A stretch of DNA of 64,000 nucleotides from Candidatus Doudnabacteria bacterium (GTDB taxonomy: Bacteria > Patescibacteriota > Doudnabacteria > UBA920), in contig JACRDK010000010.1 in assembly GCA_016218585.1 (NCBI GenBank), positions 4,974-68,973 of the forward strand, in the 5' to 3' direction. Numbering within the stretch: position 1 is the first letter of the stretch; every line of letters starts with the position of its first letter. The position numbers and the translations under genes are program-made. The notes under the pieces are model-generated. The model was given only the letters and a program-made list of their open reading frames with translations. It searched no databases and had not been told where the DNA came from. Of the stretch, positions 1 to 9,873 are shown in pieces.

Positions 1-195
1 CGCTGTTTGTTTTTAGCTATAGGGCTACCAATGCAAAAAATAAATTTCGGCAGTTTATAATTTCTAAAATCGCCCCGCCGGGTTTATTGGTTATGCGCTG
101 TTGATTTAAAAATTATAAGCCAAATACCTTATTAAATTTAAGCTCTTCGTTTATAGTTTTTAAGCTTATACGTAAGAGCATAGAAAAGGAAAATA

Positions 196-792
196 ATGTC
201 AGACGAAATAAAAGTAAACCGCGTTGCAACTCAAAGCCCAAGCCCTGCCGCTGCTCCAGTTATGTCGGCTCCGGCCAAAACTTCCAAAATGCCATGGGTA
301 ATTTTAGCGGTAATAGTTGTGGTGTTGGTTGTTGTCGGTGTTTTGTTCAGGGATAAGTTAATGCCAAAATCTAAAACCGATGCGGCAACAATGAAAGCTT
401 CGGATTATGACGCGGTGTTCTTAACCAACGGACAAGTTTACTTTGGTAAAATGACCGACGCAGAAGGGGAGTATGCCACCTTAAAAGATATTTATTATCT
501 ACAGGTTGTGCAACAGCCGGGTTTGCAGGGAAGCGGACAGACTCCGGAACAACAGCAGCAGCAAACCCAGCCGCAAATTTCTCTAGTCAAGTTGGGAAAT
601 GAATTGCATGGCCCGGTAGATGAAATGAAAATTTCCCGCAACCAGATTCTATTTTTTGAAAGTATGAAAGAAGACAGCCAGGTAGTTCAGGCTATTAAAA
701 ACTACAAGGCTAACCCGCAAGGTTCTGCTGCACCAGCTGGCCAGCAGCAACAACAACAGGTTCAACAACAGCCTGTCGCGCCCACAAAATAG
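196..792 (+). CDS. Hypothetical single-pass membrane protein with Gln-rich low-complexity tracts
   Basis: Complete ORF; N-terminal hydrophobic helix (WVILAVIVVVLVVVGVLF); poly-Q/QQQ runs; no recognisable family. Confidence 0.5.
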   Translation: MSDEIKVNRVATQSPSPAAAPVMSAPAKTSKMPWVILAVIVVVLVVVGVLFRDKLMPKSKTDAATMKASDYDAVFLTNGQVYFGKMTDAEGEYATLKDIYYLQVVQQPGLQGSGQTPEQQQQQTQPQISLVKLGNELHGPVDEMKISRNQILFFESMKEDSQVVQAIKNYKANPQGSAAPAGQQQQQQVQQQPVAPTK

Positions 793-1209
793 TCCAATCT
801 AAAATCAAAACAGGACAAAAAAATCCTCTTCCAAATTTGGGAGAGGATTTTTTAACCTCCGGTTTTTTTAAGACAACAATTTATTAAATTTAGTTTTGAA
901 AAATAATTTTGGTTGAACCTGCGCTTTAAAATATTTTGTTTTTATTACCGCTGCGGTTTATCTTAATAAATAAATTAATAAAGATTAAATTAGTTTGAGC
1001 AATATTTTTTTGTTCAAAGAGAATAAATAAGGATCCTTAAAAGAGGGGGAAAGAAAGTTTTTAATTTTATACTTTCAGCAGCAAAAAACACTTTTTTATT
1101 TAAAAAATTCCTACTGAATTTTACTTCAATTTGGCTTGTAAAATTATGTAATTTATGATATACTAAATATATAAAGTTTTACCAGTTAGAAACAAAAAGA
1201 CAAGGTGAT

Positions 1210-4200
1210 ATGAATAAGAATCTACTAATTGCAGTTGCACTGTTTATTTTAGGTTTAACCCTAATTAGCTATCAAACCCAGACAACTCTTACGTATATAG
1301 ACGTAAATACTATCCAGTTTCCAATAGGGCACGGGGATGTTTTGGGCGCAACAACTTTTACCGATTCTTTTACGGGAAACAATGGAACATCGCTATCTTC
1401 TCATGACTCAAATTGGGTTTCTCCCGATCCAGCATATTTAGTTTCCGGGCTTGAACTAAACAACAATCAAGTAAGAACAACAGCTGATTGGGCGATAACC
1501 GGGGCGATGTATAATAGTTCTAACTCAGACACATCGCAAATTGTTATAAAAAACACAGTTTTAAAGAGTCGTTATGTTTGTGCCAGAATGGGCCTGGGTT
1601 CCGGTAAAAAGACCGGCTATTGCGCAAATTTTGCCTCTATAAGCGGAAGCAATTGGACCAGCGTCTCAATAAGCAAAAATAAAAATTGGCTTACTTCCTT
1701 TTCTTTTAGCACCCCGCAAACAAGCGATCATACTTTAAAAATTGTTGTCTCCGGTACGTCCAGTGCTGCAATTTCAGTTTACTCTGATGAAACATTGGTT
1801 GGTTCTTTCACGGACAGCTCTTCACCTTTGGGGGCAGGCGGCCATCCTGGTTTTATTGTTGAGGGTGGGGGAGTTCAAGCTGATACTCTTTTTGACGACT
1901 GGTCCGATGGCGCTGGTGGAACAACTGCCTCTGATGCAACGGCTCCGATAATAAGCGGCATTGCTTCTTCTGCCATCACATCTTCCAGCGCAACGATTAC
2001 GTGGATTACAGATGAAAGCTCTGATACTCAAGTAGACTTTGATACGACTCTTAATTATGGACAGTCGACCACTTTAAATAGTTCTCAAACCACAACTCAT
2101 ACAGTTACTTTGTCTTCGCTGCTTGCGGGCACTTATTATCATTTCCGCGTAAAGAGCCGAGACCTATCTGGCAACCTGGCTATTTCTTCAGATAATACTT
2201 TTACCACCGCTTCGGCTTCAGGCTCTGGTGATACCACAGCGCCAACAGCCCCGGCTAATTTATCCAGTTCCGCAGTCACCGGCACTTCGGCTACTTTGTC
2301 ATGGTCTGTGGCTACGGACAATGTTGGGGTAAGCGGTTATAAAGTTTACCGAAACAACTTAATTATTGGAACTACAGCTTCTAATTCTTTTTCAGATTTA
2401 GGGCTATCTCTGGGGATAAGTTATGTCTATAAAGTTGCCGCTTTTGACGCAGCCGGAAATACTTCGGCTTTTTCAAATTCTCTTACAGTGACTACTTCGG
2501 GAACTTCAGTGCAAAATCCTTCGGACTCAATTGCTCCAACAGTGCCGAAACATTTATATGGTTTTAGAACTTCTGTTTCTGATGCGACAATAATTTGGGA
2601 CAGCTCTACTGACAACGTGGCAGTAACCTCGTACAACATTTACAGGTTTGGAATTAAAATTGGTTCGTCACTCACAACAAAATATGTAGACAGCGGTCTG
2701 GTTATGGGAGCCGGTTATGCTTATAGTGTTACCGCAGTGGACGCTGCCGGAAATGAATCAGCCCAAGCAGCGGCAGTAAATGTGGTTATGCCTTTTATGT
2801 CGTCAGCCCCAGGAGACGGAACTTGTTCTCCCGCAGGTTCAATAAGCGCGGCAGCTCAACAAAATCTGGATGCAATAAAACAAAACTTACCAGGCATCTT
2901 AGCCGACGCGGATAATTATGATAACTTAATTGCGCCATACAGAAATTCAGGTAACGGCTATATTAAGGACTCGGCTAATATGGTTGACTTAAGCGTTTAC
3001 TTACTAAGAACTTTACCGGTAGCAATTAATTGCAGCCCGGAAGATTTTGCTTACAATTTTACCTTGGCAAAAATTCAAGCTATCCAAGCCGCCTTGCCGT
3101 ATTTTTATGGCAAGGCTCAGGCAGGGCAGGATGCTTATGCCGGAATGAAAAAAGGAGTGGTCGCTATAAAGTCTGACATTGACGGACAAATTGATTATTA
3201 CTATTTTGCTTTGCCGACAAATTATAACCCGGCAACAAAATATCGTTTGCAGGTAATTTTACACTTTGCGGGAAGCTGCGCTTGGGAAGCGGCGGGCATA
3301 GGTTCGTTTAAACCTGTGAGCGCAGATTTAGCAGTTGGCGTTCCAAGCAGCGCTTCCGCTTTGGCCAGTACTATTACCGACACAGTTTACATTGTTCCTT
3401 GCGGCAGAGGCGCAACAACATCCTATACTTTAATGGCGCAAAAAACTATTCTGGATGAAATTGCTGATGCAATGTCCCGTTTTTCCATTGATCAAAATAA
3501 AATTACCGCAAATGGCGCCAGCATGGGCGGAACCGGCAGCGTAAATATGTCTACCCATATGCCGGATTTATTTGCAGGCATTGGAGCCCTTACTGCCAAT
3601 GCGGATTTTAAATTGCCGACGGGCGACTATCGTTATGACGGCTGGACTTTAGGCCAAAATGTTGGAAGCGTAAATTACATTATGTGGAATACGCCGGGGG
3701 ATACATCTAACTATGACGATGTAAATAATTTTGCCGCGAATTTGCAAACTTTAGCCAACGCCCACCCAGGCTATTATAAATATCAAAAATATACCGACCC
3801 TGCCGGCAGTCATGGAATTATCGATCCGAATCTTATAGCCCAAGGAGAAGCGTCCTTAAACCAAAGCGTCAAAAATCCTTATCCTGCCCGCGTCTCTTTT
3901 ATGACCGGCACCGAACAGTATGACGGCGCTTATTGGGTTCACGGCATAACCAGGAGCGATGTAAAACTTCCTGGCAGCATTGAGGCGGAAGTCTCCGGCT
4001 CAACAGTAAATGTCACAACGACAAATTTAAAGACTTTTAATTTTGACCTCAGTTCAGCAAACCCGTTATTTAGCGGAAAGTCCTCGGTGTCGGTAAATAT
4101 AAACGGCAAGGTGGTAACCGCTTCCACCGGCGGCACGGCTTACTTTACTGTTGCTTCCGGCTCTTGGGCATATGCCAGCGGGCCTGACTCCGGTTTGTAT

Positions 4201-7200
4201 AAGAAAAAAGGCGTGGCCGGTCCAATTGCGGATGTCTTTATGGATAAGCCGGTGTTGATGGTTTACGGCACCAAACAAGGCAACAACGCCACTAAAGGAA
4301 GAGTGTTAGTTGACCAGTTGGCTCAGGTTTATTTTGGCACTTCAATTTCCGGCGATAGTTTTATGCACTACGGCAAATTTGAAATGAAGGCCGATACCGA
4401 AGTTACCCAAAGCGATATTCAAACTAAAAATTTGGTTTTGTTTGGCGACTCCAGCCAAAATTCAATTGTCTCTAATATTGCCGGCAGCTTGCCGTTCCAA
4501 TTTTCAAGCAGCGGCGTTCAAATTAACGGACAAAATTATACCGGGGCAAAACTCGGCTGGTCTATTGTTTACCCAAATCCTTTGAACAATTCCCGCTATG
4601 TCCTGCTGGTTTCAGAAAATTATAATATGGGCCTGACCGGATTTATAAATGCGTATGTTTTGCAAAATGATTATGTAGTAGCTCAAGGGTTGGATTCGGG
4701 GCCAAACAGCAGAAAAGTTTTAGCGCAAGGTCTTTTTGACAGCCAATGGAAAACAGGCGGTGGTTCTACTGCCCCTGTTTCTAATGCGCCGGTAATAAAC
4801 TCTTTTACTTCCTCGGCCTCAAATGTTTCTTCCGGACAAGCCGTGACGCTTAACTGGTCGCTATCCGGCGGCGGCGCTACCGCAGTCAGCATCGACCAGG
4901 GGGTAGGGAGCGTGTTGTCATTAACTTCAAAGATTGTGAGTCCTTCAGCAAATGTAACTTATACTTTAACCGCTACAAACAGTTTTGGCAGCGTGTCTAA
5001 GCAGGTCACTGTTACTGTTGGGCAACAACAGACATCAGTGGGAGCACACCCAAGAGTTTTAGTTACTCCAAGCTTTATATCCGCAAAGAAAGCTAATTTA
5101 AGCAGCGTAGCTGACTGGCCTGCTTTAAAAGCCAAAGCGGACAAATTTGTTGCAATGGCGGTATTGCCGTACGATACAACATCTACAGCCGGAATAACTT
5201 CCGGTTATAGAGGTGAAAATTATTATGATGTTTTAACTACGCTTGCGCTGGCTTATCAGTTAAGCGGTAACACCGCCTATGCCGATAAGGGGGTAGAAAT
5301 AATGCAGGTTATGGATAATGCCGGGCTCTGTATTATTTTAAGTGAAAGCAAGGACGCAACTTTGTTTAAGAGTTTAAATTGTACTTCCGGCAAAGGTGAT
5401 TCGAGCAACGGTTACCCAATTCGCAATTATGGCGCTGGAATGGCATTGGGTTATGACTGGCTTTATGATCGGTTAAGCGCTGCGCAAAAAACCGCATTTT
5501 ACACCCAGATCAATGAATGGTTAGATTGGTATGCGGTAAATGGTTTTGAAGTTGAGGCGACCCCAACGGCCGGTAATTTTTTTGGCGGATATTTGGAAGC
5601 CTTGGCGTTAGGCGGTTTTGCTACAGAAGGAGAAAATCCAAAGGCGGCTGGTTATATTGCCAAAGCCAGGAGTTTAATTACCAGTACGGTTTATACCCAA
5701 TTCTCGCCAAATGGCTGGTTTTATGGCGGCAATGAACCGGAAGGTTTTGCTTATGGCAGCGACCACTTTATTAGACTGCTTAATTCGATTATGGTTTTTA
5801 AAACCGCTCAGAATGAAGATTTGTTTGGCGGCAAAAATATTCCGGAGCAAATGGCTAAGTTCCTGCTTCATGCCACTAAGCCAAATCTTTGGCAAATGAT
5901 AGACACCGGCGAGTGGGGAGGAACAGTTGGCGGAAACTTGTCTTTGGGTTTACCAATGTATTTGTCTCAGCTTTTAGCCGGAACAAACTTAGGCGCGGAA
6001 ATGCAGTATTTTTTGCAAATCACTTATCAGCCAGCTCCCGCCGGACTTTACTCAACCCTTTATGACGCCACGCCGGTAGAAAAAATTCTGCACCGCGACA
6101 CCGCCAGAACAGCGGTTGATTATCGCCTCCAGGAACCGCTTTACTACGAAGCAGAAGGCACTAAACAATTCTTTACCCGTTCCGCTTGGAGCAACGATGC
6201 TATTTGGGCGTCCTTCCACGGCGGCGCAAAAGTTTACTCTGTTGGGCATGAAAATAAAGACAACGGCACCTTTACCATTCAGCGCGGTAATGACTATTTG
6301 GTGGTAGACGGCAGCCAATATCGCCAGCCGGATGGCTGGTCAGGCTATGCTGTAACCGGCTATCAATCGTGCAATGAAAATACTTTGTTCTTTAATGACT
6401 TTGGCGATTACATTCCGGCCACGGCTGCTAATTGCGGCGGACAAACCGGAACTTCGGACGATGTGCCGACTACTTTTGAAAATACCGATAAATATTTTTA
6501 TTCGAAAATAGATCTTACCGGAGCCTATGACATTGCCGGATACTTTAAGGATCCGAATAAAAAAACCATGCTTCACTATGAAAGAAGCTTCCTACAGCTG
6601 CGCCCGGATATGTTTTTGGTTTTTGATTTAGTAAGCAGTAAAAAACCTAATTACGAAAAGAAATTCCGTTTGCATTTTGGCAACGAACCGCAAATTAACG
6701 GCGATACAATTACAGCCAGCAGCGGCGGTTCTAAAGTTTTTGTAAAAAGCTTGTTGCCGCAAACCCCAACAATTACCAAGAGAGGGGTAACTATTGACCG
6801 TTCTGGAATTCCTACCTTAACAACCTGGGAAACCGATTCTTACAACCCGGTTGCCGTAACAGACGACGCGTTGCTTAATGTAATTTATGTTGCTCCAAGC
6901 AGCGTTTCTACTATGGTGCCAACCAGTAAAGTTGCGGTGCAGAGCGGAAATATGCAAGGCGCGCAAATTCAAAACCAGGGCAATTATGTAGTGTTATTTA
7001 ATTCAAATATGACTGCGGCCCCGGTGCAAAGCGCTAGTTATCAAGTAAGTTCATTAACCGGCCAGGTGACTCATTATTTATTAGGCATGCAGGCCAATGC
7101 TTCCTTTAAAATAAAGAAAGATGGCGTTGACTTAGGCAACATCACATCTTCAGCAAACGGAGTTTTACAATTTACATCCAGCGGCTCCGGTTCCTTTACC

Positions 7201-8295
7201 GTGCAATCGCTTACTAATGCTCCGGTTGATGTAACTGCGCCGGTAATTTCCTCAGTCAGCACTTCTAACATTACATCTTCCGCGGTTACGGTAAATTGGG
7301 TTACAGATGAGTTGGCCGACGGGCAATTGGAATATGGTTTAACTACCAGCTACGGCACCAGCACCCAGGTGTTCCCAACTATGTATATTAGCCACTACAT
7401 TAACCTGCCCGGCCTGGCGCCAAGCACCACTTACCATTTCCGAATAAAGAGCAAAGACGCAGCAGGGAATTTGGGAGTTTCGGCTGATGGCACCTTTACC
7501 ACTGCGGTGTACGTTGCGCCGCTTACGCCGGATGTTACCGCGCCTTTGGTTGCCATTACTACCCCAACAAATAATTCTACTGTGTCCGGTACGGTGGCTA
7601 TTTCCGTTACCGCCAGCGACCCGGCAATTAACGGAGCTACAAATTCCGGCTTGGAGGTTCTTACTCTAATTATAGACGGCGCGCAGGTAAGCAGTACAAC
7701 GGCCGGCAGCTTGGGCTACCAATTAAACACTCAAACCTTAACAAACGGTGCGCATACTATTTCCGCCACGGCTAAAGACAAGGCCGGCAATACGGCAAAT
7801 TCCGCGGTTGTAAATATAACGGTTAACAATGGGCAGCTTCCGGTGGGAGGAGTTACAAGAATTATTCACTTAACTCCGGAAGGAAAGACTGTAAATAAAA
7901 GCGTGAGCGGGACTTTGGTATTTATTTCCGCGCTAACCAAAATTGTTATTGCCGGAACAAGCATTAACTTTAGCACTAACAGCAATGGCGATTACACCCT
8001 TACAGTCCCAACCGGCCTGCCGGCCGGAGCGGGTTTGCGGGTAACGGTAAATGGATATTTGCCGCAAATCTTTACCGGCGGAGATTTAACCAGCACCGCA
8101 ACCCAAACTTTTACTTTCCCAACTTTGCCGGCAGGAGACTTTAACAACGACGGGGCCATTAACACTTTGGATTTTTCCCAAATGAATTCGCATTGGAACC
8201 AGAATTATTCCTCAGCAGATATAAACGGGGATATGCTAATTAACACTTTTGACTTCTCAGTCTTAAAAAATAACTGGGGTAAAGTCGGTCAATAA
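1210..8295 (+). CDS. Giant secreted multidomain surface enzyme: repeated Fn3-like modules, alpha/beta-hydrolase esterase-like domain (GASMGG), heparinase II/III-like polysaccharide lyase-like region, Ig-like domain, C-terminal dockerin-like repeats
   Basis: 2361-aa uninterrupted ORF with signal peptide. Fn3-like repeats (TAPxISxIxxSxITSSSATITW...YHFRVKSxD); GASMGGTGS nucleophile-elbow-like motif; HGG..HENKDNG..QRGNDYLVVDG region reminiscent of heparinase II/III; C-terminal DFNNDGAINTLDFS / DINGDMLINTFDFS dockerin-type Ca-binding repeats; strong terminator follows. Confidence 0.85.
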   Translation: MNKNLLIAVALFILGLTLISYQTQTTLTYIDVNTIQFPIGHGDVLGATTFTDSFTGNNGTSLSSHDSNWVSPDPAYLVSGLELNNNQVRTTADWAITGAMYNSSNSDTSQIVIKNTVLKSRYVCARMGLGSGKKTGYCANFASISGSNWTSVSISKNKNWLTSFSFSTPQTSDHTLKIVVSGTSSAAISVYSDETLVGSFTDSSSPLGAGGHPGFIVEGGGVQADTLFDDWSDGAGGTTASDATAPIISGIASSAITSSSATITWITDESSDTQVDFDTTLNYGQSTTLNSSQTTTHTVTLSSLLAGTYYHFRVKSRDLSGNLAISSDNTFTTASASGSGDTTAPTAPANLSSSAVTGTSATLSWSVATDNVGVSGYKVYRNNLIIGTTASNSFSDLGLSLGISYVYKVAAFDAAGNTSAFSNSLTVTTSGTSVQNPSDSIAPTVPKHLYGFRTSVSDATIIWDSSTDNVAVTSYNIYRFGIKIGSSLTTKYVDSGLVMGAGYAYSVTAVDAAGNESAQAAAVNVVMPFMSSAPGDGTCSPAGSISAAAQQNLDAIKQNLPGILADADNYDNLIAPYRNSGNGYIKDSANMVDLSVYLLRTLPVAINCSPEDFAYNFTLAKIQAIQAALPYFYGKAQAGQDAYAGMKKGVVAIKSDIDGQIDYYYFALPTNYNPATKYRLQVILHFAGSCAWEAAGIGSFKPVSADLAVGVPSSASALASTITDTVYIVPCGRGATTSYTLMAQKTILDEIADAMSRFSIDQNKITANGASMGGTGSVNMSTHMPDLFAGIGALTANADFKLPTGDYRYDGWTLGQNVGSVNYIMWNTPGDTSNYDDVNNFAANLQTLANAHPGYYKYQKYTDPAGSHGIIDPNLIAQGEASLNQSVKNPYPARVSFMTGTEQYDGAYWVHGITRSDVKLPGSIEAEVSGSTVNVTTTNLKTFNFDLSSANPLFSGKSSVSVNINGKVVTASTGGTAYFTVASGSWAYASGPDSGLYKKKGVAGPIADVFMDKPVLMVYGTKQGNNATKGRVLVDQLAQVYFGTSISGDSFMHYGKFEMKADTEVTQSDIQTKNLVLFGDSSQNSIVSNIAGSLPFQFSSSGVQINGQNYTGAKLGWSIVYPNPLNNSRYVLLVSENYNMGLTGFINAYVLQNDYVVAQGLDSGPNSRKVLAQGLFDSQWKTGGGSTAPVSNAPVINSFTSSASNVSSGQAVTLNWSLSGGGATAVSIDQGVGSVLSLTSKIVSPSANVTYTLTATNSFGSVSKQVTVTVGQQQTSVGAHPRVLVTPSFISAKKANLSSVADWPALKAKADKFVAMAVLPYDTTSTAGITSGYRGENYYDVLTTLALAYQLSGNTAYADKGVEIMQVMDNAGLCIILSESKDATLFKSLNCTSGKGDSSNGYPIRNYGAGMALGYDWLYDRLSAAQKTAFYTQINEWLDWYAVNGFEVEATPTAGNFFGGYLEALALGGFATEGENPKAAGYIAKARSLITSTVYTQFSPNGWFYGGNEPEGFAYGSDHFIRLLNSIMVFKTAQNEDLFGGKNIPEQMAKFLLHATKPNLWQMIDTGEWGGTVGGNLSLGLPMYLSQLLAGTNLGAEMQYFLQITYQPAPAGLYSTLYDATPVEKILHRDTARTAVDYRLQEPLYYEAEGTKQFFTRSAWSNDAIWASFHGGAKVYSVGHENKDNGTFTIQRGNDYLVVDGSQYRQPDGWSGYAVTGYQSCNENTLFFNDFGDYIPATAANCGGQTGTSDDVPTTFENTDKYFYSKIDLTGAYDIAGYFKDPNKKTMLHYERSFLQLRPDMFLVFDLVSSKKPNYEKKFRLHFGNEPQINGDTITASSGGSKVFVKSLLPQTPTITKRGVTIDRSGIPTLTTWETDSYNPVAVTDDALLNVIYVAPSSVSTMVPTSKVAVQSGNMQGAQIQNQGNYVVLFNSNMTAAPVQSASYQVSSLTGQVTHYLLGMQANASFKIKKDGVDLGNITSSANGVLQFTSSGSGSFTVQSLTNAPVDVTAPVISSVSTSNITSSAVTVNWVTDELADGQLEYGLTTSYGTSTQVFPTMYISHYINLPGLAPSTTYHFRIKSKDAAGNLGVSADGTFTTAVYVAPLTPDVTAPLVAITTPTNNSTVSGTVAISVTASDPAINGATNSGLEVLTLIIDGAQVSSTTAGSLGYQLNTQTLTNGAHTISATAKDKAGNTANSAVVNITVNNGQLPVGGVTRIIHLTPEGKTVNKSVSGTLVFISALTKIVIAGTSINFSTNSNGDYTLTVPTGLPAGAGLRVTVNGYLPQIFTGGDLTSTATQTFTFPTLPAGDFNNDGAINTLDFSQMNSHWNQNYSSADINGDMLINTFDFSVLKNNWGKVGQ

Positions 8296-8303
8296 ATAAA
8301 ATA

Positions 8304-8336
8304 AAAAAACCTCTCCCAAAATGGGAGAGGTTTTTT
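8304..8336 (+). terminator. Rho-independent terminator of giant surface protein gene
   Basis: cctctccca/tgggagagg hairpin followed by TTTTTT. Confidence 0.8.
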
Positions 8337-8451
8337 AAAATTGAAACTATTCGCGACGTAGAGCGAGAGAAAGTAAAAAGTTTACTTTTTTCTTTCCGAG
8401 CCGAGGAGCTAATACAGGTTTAATACCCTGTCAGTTCTGCTGAGGGAACCT

Positions 8452-8796
8452 TTATTTAAAGCTTTGGGCCAATTTGTCAAAAACTTCCGGATGTCTTACC
8501 GCTAATTCAGAAAGCATTTTGCGGTTAATCTGTACGTTCTGTTTTTTTAACATACCGGCAAACTTGCTCCAGGTTAAACCGTTTTCACGCAAGGCAGCGT
8601 TGGTTCTAATTAGCCACAGGGCGCGGAAATCGCGCTTGCGGTTGCGGCGGTCGCGGTAAGCGTAAGAGTCCGCTTTAAGCAACGCCTGTCTGGCGGAGAC
8701 AAAGTTAGTGGAGCGGCGGTTATCAAAACCTTTGGCTCTTTTTAATACATTCTTTCTTCTTTTGCTGGCGGCTACGCCGCGTTTTATTCTGGCCAT
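8452..8796 (-). CDS. rplT: 50S ribosomal protein L20
   Basis: MARIKRGVAASKRRKNVLKRAKGF... typical L20; follows rpmI. Confidence 0.95.
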   Translation of the reverse strand: MARIKRGVAASKRRKNVLKRAKGFDNRRSTNFVSARQALLKADSYAYRDRRNRKRDFRALWLIRTNAALRENGLTWSKFAGMLKKQNVQINRKMLSELAVRHPEVFDKLAQSFK

Positions 8797-8845
8797 AAAA
8801 TCTTTACTAAATACTAATTATTACTAATATACTAATAAACAAAAC
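8797..8845 (-). promoter_or_regulatory. Recurrent upstream motif (TAGTATATTAGTA..AATTAGTATTTAGTAAAG + about 7 nt + ATG) preceding rplT; promoter giving a very short leader
   Basis: Near-identical motif also precedes the PLD-like gene (44167-44215) and rsmA (57480-57528); no Shine-Dalgarno between motif and ATG. Confidence 0.4.
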
Positions 8846-8908
8846 TGAAAAATAATTTTTATCAATACGAATTGGTATATTGGTACAAATTCGTATTTGG
8901 TAAAAGTT

Positions 8909-9103
8909 TTATTTGTAAGGGATTACTTGTTTTAACTTCTGGTGAACTCTTCCCAAGGAAAGGTCGCGGCGTTTGTTGGTGCCGGTCTTGCCGGATTCGC
9001 GGGAGTTGTAATGGTCCTGCCCGGTGGCTCTGGCCATTAATTTTCCGGATTTGGTCTTTCTAATTCTCTTGGAAGTTCCTTTGTGAGTTTTGACTTTAGG
9101 CAT
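8909..9103 (-). CDS. rpmI: 50S ribosomal protein L35
   Basis: MPKVKTHKGTSKRIRKTKSGK... typical L35. Confidence 0.9.
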   Translation of the reverse strand: MPKVKTHKGTSKRIRKTKSGKLMARATGQDHYNSRESGKTGTNKRRDLSLGRVHQKLKQVIPYK

Positions 9104-9197
9104 AATGCGATCCTAATCTACGAATAACATCCGAATGTTCCGAATGGGCCCAATTCGGGGCATTCGGATTTAATTCGTTGTATTCGAATCGGTTTAA
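9104..9197 (-). promoter_or_regulatory. Structured infC-rpmI spacer (CCGAATG/CATTCGG inverted repeats); candidate L20 autoregulatory RNA element
   Basis: Multiple hairpin-forming inverted repeats (ccgaatgggcccaattcgg etc.) at the position where L20-binding translational operators lie in other bacteria. Confidence 0.3.
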
Positions 9198-9704
9198 TTA
9201 TTTTGTGGGTGCTATTGTTAATGACCAGGTGCCGCCCATTCTTTTAATCGGCACTTCAATGCGGTAAGGGCTGGTAATATAAGTTAAAAAGTTTTGCAGT
9301 TGTTTATGGCCTAAATCCCCATGAGCCTGTTCGCGTCCGCGCATGCGCAGTTCAATGCGGACCAGGTCGCCATCGGTTAAGAATTCGCTAACCTTATTGG
9401 CCTTAATTTGCATATCGTGTTCGCTAATGCGGACACTCAGCCAAATAGTCTTTACTTCAGTCTTTTTGGCCTTCTTTTTCTGCAATTGCTCGATTTTCTT
9501 TTGCTGGTATTTAAACTTAGCAAAGTCAATGAGCTTAGCCACCGGCGGATTGGCCAGAGGGGAGACCTCTACCAAATCCAAGCCGTGTTCAAGAGCAAGA
9601 GCCAGCGCTTCCGAGGTCTTCATAACCCCTACCTGCTGCCCCTCTTCATTAACGACTCTTAAAGTCGGCGATTTAATTTGGTGATTTATCCTTGTTTTTA
9701 GCAA
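9198..9704 (-). CDS. infC: Translation initiation factor IF-3
   Basis: LIDFAKFKYQQKK, EVKTIWLSVRISEHDMQIK, GREQAHGDLG motifs; first gene of the infC-rpmI-rplT operon; true start may be an upstream non-ATG codon as is usual for infC. Confidence 0.9.
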   Translation of the reverse strand: MLKTRINHQIKSPTLRVVNEEGQQVGVMKTSEALALALEHGLDLVEVSPLANPPVAKLIDFAKFKYQQKKIEQLQKKKAKKTEVKTIWLSVRISEHDMQIKANKVSEFLTDGDLVRIELRMRGREQAHGDLGHKQLQNFLTYITSPYRIEVPIKRMGGTWSLTIAPTK

Positions 9705-9873
9705 AATTTTGTTCGTTTAAACTGATTAATATTCTAGCTTAATTGGGCTATTTTGTCAATAACTCATAATGATACCAATATACTGATTTATACAGATGAT
9801 ACTGATAATGCCCCCATCAGTATTATCGGTTTCATCTGTATTCAGATCTGTATATCAGTATCAAATACGAGTA

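Noticed and set aside
1742-7669. Many 60-90 aa ORFs on both strands inside the giant 1210-8295 gene
   Set aside because: They are entirely nested within or antisense to a continuous 2361-codon ORF with coherent domain architecture. They are artefacts of a long GC-balanced coding region.
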